In this document: piece by piece, positions 1 to 10,500 of the stretch
How positions within the stretch are numbered: position 1 is the first letter of the stretch
Layout of the letters: each line of letters begins with the position of its first letter
Assembly (NCBI GenBank): GCA_001724265.1
Contig: MEDY01000200.1
Coordinates: 1 to 53,061, forward strand
DNA from: Rhizaria sp. SCN 62-66
Taxonomy: Eukaryota
Length of the DNA: 53,061 nucleotides
Direction of reading: 5' to 3'
Translations under genes and position numbers: made by a program
Notes under the pieces: generated by a model
Told to the model about the DNA's origin: nothing
Seen by the model: only the letters and a program-made list of their open reading frames with translations
The model's database searches: none

Positions 1-441
1 GCCGAGGCCGCCGCCCGGGAGCGCGCGCGGCGGGCGGCGGCGTTGGCGGCGCTCGACGCGGAGGGTCCGCCCGCGGCGCCGGTGTGCCGCGTCGGGCTGC
101 GGCTGCCGACTGGGGAGACGCGGCAGAGGGCCTTCGCGCTGAAGGGTCACCGGGGCCGCGAGCTGCTGGTGTGGGCCGAGACCGAGACGGAGCGCGCGCG
201 GGGGCGGTACTGGCTGGTGAATTCGGTCACCAAGGCCGCCGTCGGCTGCAAGGCGGTCCCTGCGGGCGGCGAGAGCCAGAGTCAGAGTCAGAGTGAGAGT
301 GAAAGTGCGTTCGTGGGGGAGGACGAGACGCTCGAGGCGCTGCTCGAGGGCAAGGCGGCGGTGCTCTTTTACCTCGTCGAGGCCGACGATGACGACGCTG
401 ACGACGGCAGCCGTCACAACAACAGCAAGAACAGTGGCTGA
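1..441 (+). CDS. 3' end of a probable UBX-domain protein (5' truncated by the window edge)
   Basis: Frame 1 is open from base 1 (AEAAARERARRAAALAALDAEGPP) through CRVGLRLPTGETRQRAF...LLVWA to TGA at 439-441. A charged helix followed by x-R-I/V-x-L-R-L-P-x-G-x-x-x-x-R-x-F resembles the start of a UBX domain. Confidence 0.55.
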   Translation, partial: AEAAARERARRAAALAALDAEGPPAAPVCRVGLRLPTGETRQRAFALKGHRGRELLVWAETETERARGRYWLVNSVTKAAVGCKAVPAGGESQSQSQSESESAFVGEDETLEALLEGKAAVLFYLVEADDDDADDGSRHNNSKNSG

Positions 442-1326
442 ATGGGTCGAGAGTTGCGAAGTGAAAGGCACCGACTGCGTATAAGGGTTTCACCTGCACA
501 CACAGGTGTGTCCTGTCAGCGCTCACACTGGCTCCATCGCGAGGGCCAGTGCCAGTGCTGGAATGGGGGCGCGAACGTGCATTTCGGCAGACAATGTGAC
601 AATTTGACTCTGACTGGACGCTTCCTCGCACCGCAGTCCGATGACCGATGTCTGAGGGCCGCCGCCGCAGCCCTGCGGCGATTGCTGCCGCGGCCTGTGC
701 GACGGGCACTGCTGACACATATTTCATTGTACATTTTACTACTTAAATACACCAAAATATGTAATTCGTCAACTCAAATTGCAACTGTGAATGCGCTTTT
801 CACCAGTGACTGGTGACCAATGGTGACCAAGGGTCCGAGGAAGAGTCAGTAACTTTGGCAAGCCCTTACCTGCACCCCGCAGTTGGACTTCAGTAAGGAC
901 ACAGACTGTTCTTCAAGCTCCTGTCAAGTTTGTTTCAAGTTCCCAACTGTATATGGTCCTCTCAAGTGTTGTCTTTGTTTCTAATTTTTTTACGTTCGCT
1001 CTGGAGTTCTCCAGAAATTTGTGTCACTATGGTACCACTCATGATTTAATAACACTACTACAGTCGTAATTCAATACAAATCGACCTTTTTCCGCCGAGA
1101 TTCAGATCCTCTACTCTCATATGAAGAAGTCCAATCAACATAAGCTTACGTACATTTTGAAGCTTTGAAATTCATGACCGCAAGCATCATCTCAAAACTC
1201 AGTCTGTCACCCTATTGCTCAGTAAGTAGTCATGTCTTATTCAAAATTAACTCAATTTGTATCGACATGGTGACAAATGCAAAGGGACTATTCACATATC
1301 AATGCATCCGTGTCACTCATCATCAC

Positions 1327-2146
1327 TCATCGTTTCCGTTCTGCGGCCGCTGCTGCTTCTGCCATCAAGTCCGCCGTGAGCGGTAGTGCCTCCAGCAGCG
1401 CTCGCAGCTGCTCGAGCTCGTGCAACACCTGCCCCGGCTGCTGCGCTTGCCGGGCCAACCAGTGCAGCAGCAGCTCCAGGGCCCAGAACCCCCGCGCGGC
1501 GACAAACGCCGTCGCCATGGCGGTGACGCTCACGGCGGTAGCGGCGTCCGCGGGCGCGATGTTGGCCGCGAGCATCAGACGCAGCACCCGCAACGGCCGC
1601 ACGATCGCCTTTGACGGCGGCTCAGCCGCAGCCATCCACTCGTCGTCGTCCTCACCAGCATCATCGTCGTAATCATAATTCGCGTCACTTAGGTCAAGGA
1701 TGCCGCCGGCAGCGTCAGATTCATCCTCGTCAGAGATGTTACTAATCGCGTCAGTAATCGCGTTAAGGCATGCATCCACCGCCATGCACTCCAGCAACAA
1801 GGGCAACACGGTGACACGAGTCAGAGCCGCGTCAGCAGCAGCTGAACAACATCTGCCGTCGCCAGCGCCAGCGCCAGTGCCAGCGCAGAGCAGCGCCTCG
1901 CAGAGCCGCACCCCGCGCGCGCGCACCGCCCTGTCCGCCGCGTCCGCCGCGTCCACCCTGAGGAGCAAACAGAGAAACTGTTTGAAGCGCGCGGCGGCTG
2001 CCAGCTGCGCGGCATACCCCGGCACGGCCCGCGCCAGGCGGGCCACAACGGTCGCAATGTAAGCCAGCTCCGAGCGGTCCGACCGGCCCGCCAGCATCGC
2101 CCGCTAAGTGAGCGCCGCCAGGGGCGCCGGCGGCGACCGCTGCAAC

Positions 2147-2196
<50 letters not shown>

Positions 2197-3423
2197 ATGC
2201 TGTTGTTGCGGTAGTGGCTCTGCAAAGGCCTCAGCTAGAGTGGCGTCGTCCGCAGCGTTGACAATTAAGCCCAGCAGCGCAACCACAACGTCTTTAAACC
2301 CGCTGCCGCCGTTCCTTGGCTTGCAGTAGTCGCCCAGTAGCACTGTGAACGCGGGCGCGTGTCTCAACTCGCCGCCGATGATCAGACAGCGACTGGTGAG
2401 CATCATCTCGCGCGCAACAGCGCGGCCAATCGCGGTGCCTTCGCTGATTGCCTCAGAATCGGCAGCAGCAGCAGCAGCAGCAGCAGCAGCGCCAGCAGCA
2501 GCACTTGCGTTATTGGCGCAAAGGCAAAACAGCGCGATAAAAGCCTCGTACACGGATTGGCGCACCTGCTGGCGCTCGTCCTCGGTGGGCTCCGAGAGCA
2601 CTGCAAAAAGCACGGGCACAACAGGCGACACTGCAGCCACGGGCACAGGCAGCGTGGCCGGCGCAGCCGCGGGCGGAGATGGGTTGCTGAGGGGCGTGCT
2701 GAGAGGCGGGCCGGCGCGGAGGCCATGGCTGCGACCTCTGGCACCAGTGAAATGGCCTAGATCAGGGCTGGCGAGGGACGCGACAACGGTGACGATGATG
2801 CATACTTCGGATGAGAAAGACGCTTGCTCTTTGTCTGGGGCGGCGCAGCGGAGGCGCAGGTAGTGCACCAAGTGCTCCAGCGCTGCCGTCTTGGTGGCGG
2901 TGGAGTGATGCGCCGAGCGGGAGAGCACTCGGATGGAGGGCAAGAGATGTATGCGGACGAAGTAGGCGTTGCACGCGACGTCGTCGCGCATCAGCAGCCG
3001 CGTAAAGCCGCACAGCATGTCGCTCGCCGTCGCAAACTGGTCGCGCACGTCCTGGCTAATGCTGCTGTCGCTAGCAATGGAGGTGGTGCAGACGTTAAGG
3101 AGAATTTCATTTATGACGTAAAGCCGCCGCTCGTCGACGGCAGCGTTAGCGCCAGCCATGGCCTTGTTGGTGCAACACTCAAGTAACGCGGCAAGTAACG
3201 CTGAAAAGCTGTTCTCGCGCAGAATCTCGTTGCGTAAGCGTATGTCAACATAGTTGAGATCCTAGACTGCGATCATAAGCTCGTACATGTGGTTGTAAGC
3301 GGTCGACAGCGCGAGCAAGGGCGCTAGCGCGCGGTGCAGACGGAGGATCGCGAGCTCGAGCGGCGACGCCAGCAGCTCGGCGTCCAGCAACACGCGGGTG
3401 GGCGTGGAAGGCAGCGCCTGCAT
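1327..3423 (-). CDS. Hypothetical alpha-helical (ARM/HEAT-like) protein, ~698 aa, with two in-frame TAG codons and a polyQ tract
   Basis: One frame runs from ATG 3423 (MQALPSTPTRVLLDAELL) through TAG 3262-3264 (MIAV*DLNY), ORF 2104-3159, TAG 2104-2106 (AALT*RAML) and ORF 1327-2097 to TGA at 1327-1329. No AT-rich intron lies at either TAG. The fold is inferred from Leu/Ala-rich helical composition only. Confidence 0.6.
2146..2208 (-). repeat. (CAACAG)n-type microsatellite encoding polyglutamine
   Basis: Run of ctgttg units on the + strand; it reads [21 protein letters not shown] on the - strand. Confidence 0.9.
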
Positions 3424-3990
3424 AAGCTACTGGTTGGCTTCTTTGCTTCTTTTAGAACCGGAAAACGATGCAATGTGGGCGGGAACTAACAATAAATGTA
3501 AGGGGAGATGGAGAGAAAGAATAAACGTATTGGTTTGAACAACCGTAAAAAAACAGCATTTTAAAGACTCAAATCAACTTCTAACCGGTTTTGACGAAGT
3601 ATCCACCGCGAAATATCTACTTCTCGATAAGCAAAGCAAGTGTCGCGTTTTTACCACAAACGCATTTTTAACTTGAAGAGCCATAAATCTATTTTATATC
3701 TCGATGCAAATCGCTCATTTTCGGATCAACCCAAGTTATCACGCGTTCATTAAAGACACTGTCTCTTATACAAAACACTAACTCTCAAAAACGCAATCAC
3801 GCGCTGTATTTTGGCACACAATCAAAAATGTCGATCGTATACGTTTCGCAAGTGGTGGTAATGGGCGCGGTGGCTGATGACGGTTGAGGCAGTCAAAAGT
3901 TGTGTCCTTTTGATCGATACTCACCAGTGTATCATGTCACAACATGTTCGTTCTCTCGGTTCTCATCCCCTTGCCCCCTACCTCTCTTAG

Positions 3991-4307
3991 AACCCTATCG
4001 CAACGACTTTACGTCCCTGCTCCAGCCACTTGACCTCGCCGTCATCAAGTCATATCGCGCTCGGCTGCGCCAGCGTGACTTTCTCTGCGCACTCGCGGGC
4101 TGCTTAAAGGACTTAAGCCGAGCTGATGTTCGCCACAAGGGGGTTTCGGCTGCCAAGATGATGTCGCGCATGCAGGCGATGCTCTTCGCGTTTAAGTACG
4201 TGCCGGCGCACTTCGCGATCAAGGGGTTCAGACATATGCTCGGCGTTGTTGTTGACACTGATGCGGAGCTCAAAGGGGCACGGAAAAAGTTTCTTCGTCA
4301 CAAATAA
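3991..4307 (+). mobile_element. Remnant of a pogo/Tigger/CENP-B-like DDE_1 transposase (C-terminal catalytic-domain fragment)
   Basis: Translation NDFTSLLQPLDLAVIKSYRARLR matches the P-x-N-x-T-S-x-L-Q-P-L-D-x-x-V-x-x-x-F/Y-K motif of pogo-type DDE_1 domains. It follows a pyrimidine tract and AG at 3989-3990. No N-terminal HTH or terminal inverted repeats were found. Confidence 0.55.
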
Positions 4308-6344
4308 GGTTTTGTGCGCACTCTTTTGCAGTCTGCAAGGAACGCTATGACATTTTAGGGAGAGCCGCGTGGAGAATCCAACGAGAGTTGACAGAGAGGG
4401 CAGGAGTTAGATGTGATAAAAATGAAGTTAGGAAGAGAAATATAAATATTCTGATTATAAGCACTAAATACACTATGGCGCTTAATAATACCCCCTGTGG
4501 CGAATTAATGACATGTATGCACAATCTAACCCACAATCAAACGATGCTTCGAAATAGTGCGTTTGTTCAAGCTCTGTATAAATTGGGTGAGATAGCCAGA
4601 GAACACGTAGAAGACTGAGACTGTAAACAAAATCACGACAATATACATCCCTAAATAGAGCCTTCACAATACATAACTGTGTTTTCAACATCAACCTCAT
4701 GATACCTGTCACAATGCGCAAAATTGAAGTTGAAGTCGTTGATCGTGATTGTTTACCTCCTTCCTGTCAGCGAAAATGTGGCTGACAAACGTTTGTGGTG
4801 GTTGAAAATACATCGTCAAAAGAAGCTAAATTGTTGTAGGTGGCTTTTTAATTATGAGATCGCTTTAAATCTTGAATCCTATTTTGTATAAGCTCTATGT
4901 CATCAAGATCGTTCCCTGACGTCGATCACCCGCGCCCCTGTTGACGTTATTAACGCTCATTAAATGTGCCGCACCTGTACCGACCAACTCATCAGCGCAT
5001 TTAAAGCTAGCAGCAGTGTCCGCATCTGCTTTAGTTTGCGCTGTGACGCGCTTTAATCGACAGTCCTGATCTGTGCGCATACTGCCCTTTTGTGACTCTT
5101 ATCGGCGTCTCTTTTGTGATGCTTTCACGCGAAGAAGCTACACTTATCCCTCTGCGCAAGGAACTTTGTAATGCGCATGCGCAGGGAAAGACATAAACCA
5201 TGTGTTGCGCGAGTGTCGTATTAAGCATTGGAAGGATGCTCAACGTCGTAGCGTGAGGCTGCCAGAGCTAAATCTACTGAGCGTGAGACGAGAGGTGATT
5301 CTGAAGCACATGACCGCTGCGTCGCTCGCAGTTTTGCCAGCTGCGCGCCAATCTAACGCGCGTCTATAGCAATGACACCACACATGAGGACACTGCGGAT
5401 ACCCACATGATTCGAAAACTTGTTAGTGATGGCACAAGCACTGCAAAGCGGAATAACACGGTAATGACAAGTACCCAGAGAGCTGTAGCACTGTCTAGTT
5501 GTTCATAACTCAATACACTACTGCCTTAACTGTTTAAAAAAAATATTGTTGTGAAAAGTCAAGAACTGTTTTGATCCAAACAAGAGGCATGATCATGATT
5601 ATAGATATAACAAGTGATCGAGTAATTTGAACATCAGTCGATAATAGAAACTTAACTAAAGTAAAGTGCGTTTGACGATATATCCACGGCTGTTGTGTGT
5701 TTTCCGATAAGCGACACAGCTTGACAAGGAGGACGCGGGACAACTACAAGCGAGTTCGAGGCTCAAATTGTGACAACTTGGCGTTTATCCTGGTGCAAGC
5801 AGCACACTGTCATATAAATGTGAGATATCCTGCGTAAATCAAACAACAATACATTAAACCAAGACGACGCCTCAACAAAAAAAAAAAAAAAACATCTTGC
5901 TCTGTACGTCTCCGTAAACTCCGTAAAAGTTCACCCAGCAGCACGGAGGCCCGGAGCAGCGATTGTTGCGCTTGCGCCGCAAAGCCCGGCACGGCACGCA
6001 CGAACCAAGCGGCAACGCCTATGGCCAGCGCTGGCTAAAATCGGCCCCCGCAGTCCCGTGTTTTCGCCCGGCACGCCTCCTCTTTCCTCAGCCACAATGC
6101 ATATCCACTCTGCAGCTCCTGTGGCAGCCACGGCTCCTACGGAGGCCATGACTGCTGGCGGTAGTTGCGGCGGCTAAGGCGGCGGCTGAGGCGGCTGAGG
6201 CGGCTAAGGCGGCAGCTGTGGGAATGCCTCGGCTAAGGAGGCGTGGTCTGCAGCGGAATAAATATCGTGTAGCAAATCCAATGCGTTGGAGTTGATTGGC
6301 GTCATGTGCAATAGTGTTAGTCTCCACCAGCATTGTATGGTAAA

Positions 6345-6445
6345 TCACTCTACGGAACCCATGCCGCCCGCGCCGCCCGCGCCGGCGTCGGCGCTAAAGA
6401 TCGAGCTCGAGCCAGAGCCGTAGCCAGCGTGGCTGCGGCCCATGC

Positions 6446-6478
<33 letters not shown>

Positions 6479-6885
6479 GAGAGCGGACGTAGACGACGGC
6501 GGCGACGAACGCGACGAGCGCGAGACAGCGCCCCGCGAACGAGCGGTGTTTCTGCTCGCGCTCGTCGCCGCGCTCGCTCTCGCGCACCAGCCGCTGCGCA
6601 GCGCGGGCGCCGTGCCATCGAGCAAATCAAGCGAGAGTGAGAGTGAGAGCAAATGGGAATGGGGATGGGAGAGAATACGAGTGGGTGAGTGAGCTCTACT
6701 GGTGACAGAAGCGCACAAGAGAGGATCAATGCAATGTTACAAAAACTCAGTGATGACAATAGACGTACGGTAGCAGCGCCGAGCTTGGACTCGAGTTCAG
6801 GTCCCTTGCCGGGCCCAAAGCGCACGACACAGTCGTCGCCAGAGTCGGCCGCGTCAGCCCCTTCGGCGAGAGCGCTGCCGTTCAT
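6345..6885 (-). CDS. Small two-exon hypothetical protein (~121 aa) with one hydrophobic segment
   Basis: Exon 6885-6769 (MNGSALAEG...LGAAT) ends at a GTACGT donor at 6768. A CAG acceptor precedes exon 6593-6345 (RLVRESERGDEREQKHRSFAGRCLALVAFVAAVVYVRS...VE*, TGA). The phase-0 join is in frame. The true start may lie further upstream. Confidence 0.4.
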
Positions 6886-7559
6886 CGCGTGCACTGCACG
6901 ATTATATGAGTGAAACAGAAATATGAAAGGATTATAATATTATAAGCATTGTTTTCAATCTATATAAACCTAAGTCAGCCAATGAAATACACGATCTGCT
7001 GTAATTGAGATGAAAACGATTGGTCACCACAGCGTGGTCGGCGCAGTGTCTGGCAACAACGCGCCAAAGAAGCCGATCTTCCCTTGTGATTATCAAGTCG
7101 ATCTTTCCGACAATGACAGTGGGAATGCGCAAATAACAATTTCAGTGAGAAGGTGAAATAATATATTTTGCGCTGGCTCTAGATCCTCTTTCTCTGCTCT
7201 GCACGAACAATATCCTGCGCCTGTGGGTCTAACTCTCCCGCACTCCCTGGGTCCCTCATCTTTTCCCCGCGCTCAACCATCACAAACACGAAATTTAAGT
7301 CAGATTGCCGTACTATGTGCTACCAGTTACTTATTTAAATGTGTGCCCTTTCTACGCCTCCTAAACCTTCCATCTTGTGCTTCATATCTCACCCCTCCTG
7401 TCTCGCACCACAGCAACGCAACAACAGCAACAGCTTCAGCTACAGCTCTCCCCTCTTGCCGCCGCGCCGTGCCACTGCGCTTCTCTCCGGCTGTGCCTCC
7501 GCCGCACGCGACTTCTTTAAGCGCTCTCAGTCTCTCGCTGACAGCTCCAGGCCTTCACA

Positions 7560-10500
7560 ATGCAGCCACAGCAGCAGCCACCCTTTGAGGCTGCTGCCCC
7601 TGCCTCTGCTGCACCCACTGGCGATGCCGCGACTGCGTTTACATCTGTTGCTGACCCTAGCGCCAGCGGCAGCGGCAGCGGACTTGGCCGCGCCGAGTCG
7701 TTTGACTACGGCCAGCTTTTGCCCCCGGGCTCTCTCTCCTTCATTGCAAGCGGTCACAACAACGGCGGTGGCAGTCCATCGAATGTTGCTCCTGCTCCTG
7801 TTGCTGGTGCCGCTGCTGCTGCTGGCGCTGCTGGCTCCACGAGCGATATCGAGAACACGCCGCACCCGCTCGCCAACGCGCCTTACAGCAGCGGCAGTGG
7901 CAGCGGCAGCGGCGGCGGCGGCGCTCTCGTCATCGCAGCAGCTGCAGCCGGTCCTAACGCTGCCGGCGCCAACGCTGGCGTCGCTGCTGCGAAGGCCCTC
8001 ACGGCTAGCAGCGCGAGCGTTAACAATCACACCGCAAAGACCGAGGCCGGCGACTCCGCGTATCTTAACATTCCTGCTGCTGATGCTGCTGCTGACGTCG
8101 CTGTCTTTGATACTGTTGCGGCGCCGGCTGTTCCATGCACTCAAGAGCAGCTTGACGCTCTTATTGCCGAGCAACAGCAACAACAAAAGCAGCATCATGA
8201 TGTTGAGACGCTTGTCAAGCTCGAGCAGGGCCGACTGCAGCCCGATGACGACGGCGACACAGCCTCTGCTGCTGTTGTCAAGCTGGAACAGTATCAAGAA
8301 CACCAGTATTCGCATCAGCAGCAGCAGCAGCAGCAGCAGTATTATTTGCAGCAGGGGCGCACTGTCGAGATGATGACCGCAGATTCGCTGTTTGCCAGCA
8401 TGACCAGCGCCGCCTACTGCGCCCAGCCCCCCACTGACGCCGCCTCCAGTGCCGCCTCTAGCTCCGGTGTCAGTGCCACTGGCGGTGGCGTTGGCGGTGG
8501 CGGCGATGCAGGCCTGTCTCAGGGCGAGGCCGGACATGCGGCGGCGCCCATGGCCGCCGGCCTCCTGAGCCACATCCCTGACCCCAGCTCCAGCATCAGC
8601 GCCAGTATCGGCGGTACTGACGGCGACGGCGACGGCGACGGAGGCGGAGGCGGTGCTCCAGTGTTGTTGGCCACGATGGCGGCGGGCAACCTGCACCTGG
8701 GGCTGCTGCTATCCCGGCTGCCGCAGCTGCTCGGGGTTCCTGCCGCCGAGGTCGCCGCCCTCATGAGTACCGCGACGACTACCACGCCCACCGCGAGCAC
8801 CGCCACCAGCAGCAGCGGCAGCAGCAGCAGCAGTGCCGCCAGTGGCAGTGGCAGCGCGGCCGACACAGCTGCCTCTGCAAGCAACGCCATCGCCGAAGAC
8901 GCAGCGTGGGTGTCACACCTCCTCGCCTCCGCCTCTGCCTCCGCCTCAGCCCCAGCCGCAGATGATACTGCCGCAGCCACCAACGCCAACGCCGCCGCTG
9001 CGCTGCCTGCGGGTTGGGGCTCTTGGCGCCACCTCTGGTCGTCCTTGGCGACGCTGCGGGGCGCAGGCCTGGTCCCCGCGCTGCCGCTGCGGCTGCTGCT
9101 GCTGCTGGCCGAGGCCGCGGCCGCCTCAGCGTCCTTCGCGGCCGCCGCGGCCGAGGCGACGGTCGCGGCGGCAACGACGGGCTCGCTGACGCTGGTGCCC
9201 GTTGCCCACAGCGTCGCCTCGACCGTATCCCGCAACCGTCGCGTCGCGCTAGGGCTGACTACGGGCGGGGCGGGGGCCGGCCGCGGCGCGAAGAAAGGCA
9301 AGCCGCCCGCGGGCGCGCGCACGGCGGCGGCGGCGGCGGCGGCGGCTGCTGCTGCTGGAGACAACGATGACGACAATGACATCATCAACAATGACGACGA
9401 CGACGGGAACGACGACGAAAACAGCGCCGCCGCCGTTGCCTTGGCAGCCCTCGCGTTCGGCGATGACAACGCCGACAACAGCACAGCAACTGCAGCAGCT
9501 GCAGCAGCTGCAACCGCGACAACGTCCGGCAAGCCCCTCGCTGCGCCCGCGTCGGCCGTCTTTCTGGCCGCCGGACCGCCGCCCCCGGCGCTCATCCACC
9601 TGGCCCTCGAGGGCCTCAACGCCGCCGCCGCCGCACTGACCGTCCTGGTGGCCGCCGCCGCCGCCGCCGCGCCCGCCCCGGCCTCGGCGGCGGCGCTGCT
9701 GGCGTGTCCGCTGGGTCTCGCGCTGCGCCCGCCGCCGCCACGCCTGCTGACCGGCGAGACCGTCGCGGGGGCGCTGGCAGCTCTTGCGGCGGCAGTCAAC
9801 CTGGTGCTGGCCCCGGTCATGGAGCCCGAGGGGCGCGCGAAGGCGCTCTCGAAGCTCGCGCTCGCCATCAGCAATACCAACGCCAGCGCCAGCGCCAGCG
9901 CCAGCGCCGCGAATAAAGCCAGTCCTAGCTCAAAGACCAAGAACGCTGCGACCGCGAACGCAACTGCGAGCGCCAATGCCGGTGCCAGTGCAAGCCTCGG
10001 CCCCGGCGGCATGTCTGTTCCGCGCACGCTGTGGCCCCGCGCCGCGCGCGCCGTGGCGCCCCTGCTGCCCGCCGCGGCGGCCGCGCTGTCACTGCTGGCG
10101 CTGCTGCTGCGGCTGGCCCCGCTGGGCGACGCCGCCGCGGCCGCCGCGCTCGAGCTGGCCCTGGCCGCGCTGCGGTGCGCCCACGCGCCCTCGCTGCTGG
10201 CGCCCGCCGCCGCCGTCGTCGCCGCCGCGGCCGAGGCGGGCGGGCCCATCGTGAGGGCGCGGGCGGTCGAGGCCGCCGTCGCCGCGCTCAAGGCCGCCGC
10301 CGCGGCGTCGGCGGGGACTGAAGCGGGCGCCGGCGCGGCCGCAGGCTCTGCCGTGGCCACGGCGGCGGTGACTGCCAACGCCGGCGCCCTCGGCGGGCCC
10401 AGCGCTGGCGCTGGCGTCATGCGGCCCTTCTCGCTCGCGCTCACCGGCGCCGGCGCCGGCGGCAGCGTGGCTGACGCCGCGTTCGACCCCGCGGCCAGCG

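Noticed and set aside
442-1320. ORFs 442-816 and 227-727
   Set aside because: Likely 3' UTR or intergenic sequence between convergent genes; no motifs or consistent codon bias.
4388-5800. Short ORFs in the AT-rich region after the transposase fragment
   Set aside because: No GC3 bias or motifs; the 4895-5080 ORF, which ends in TAG, gains only a few codons when TAG is read as sense.
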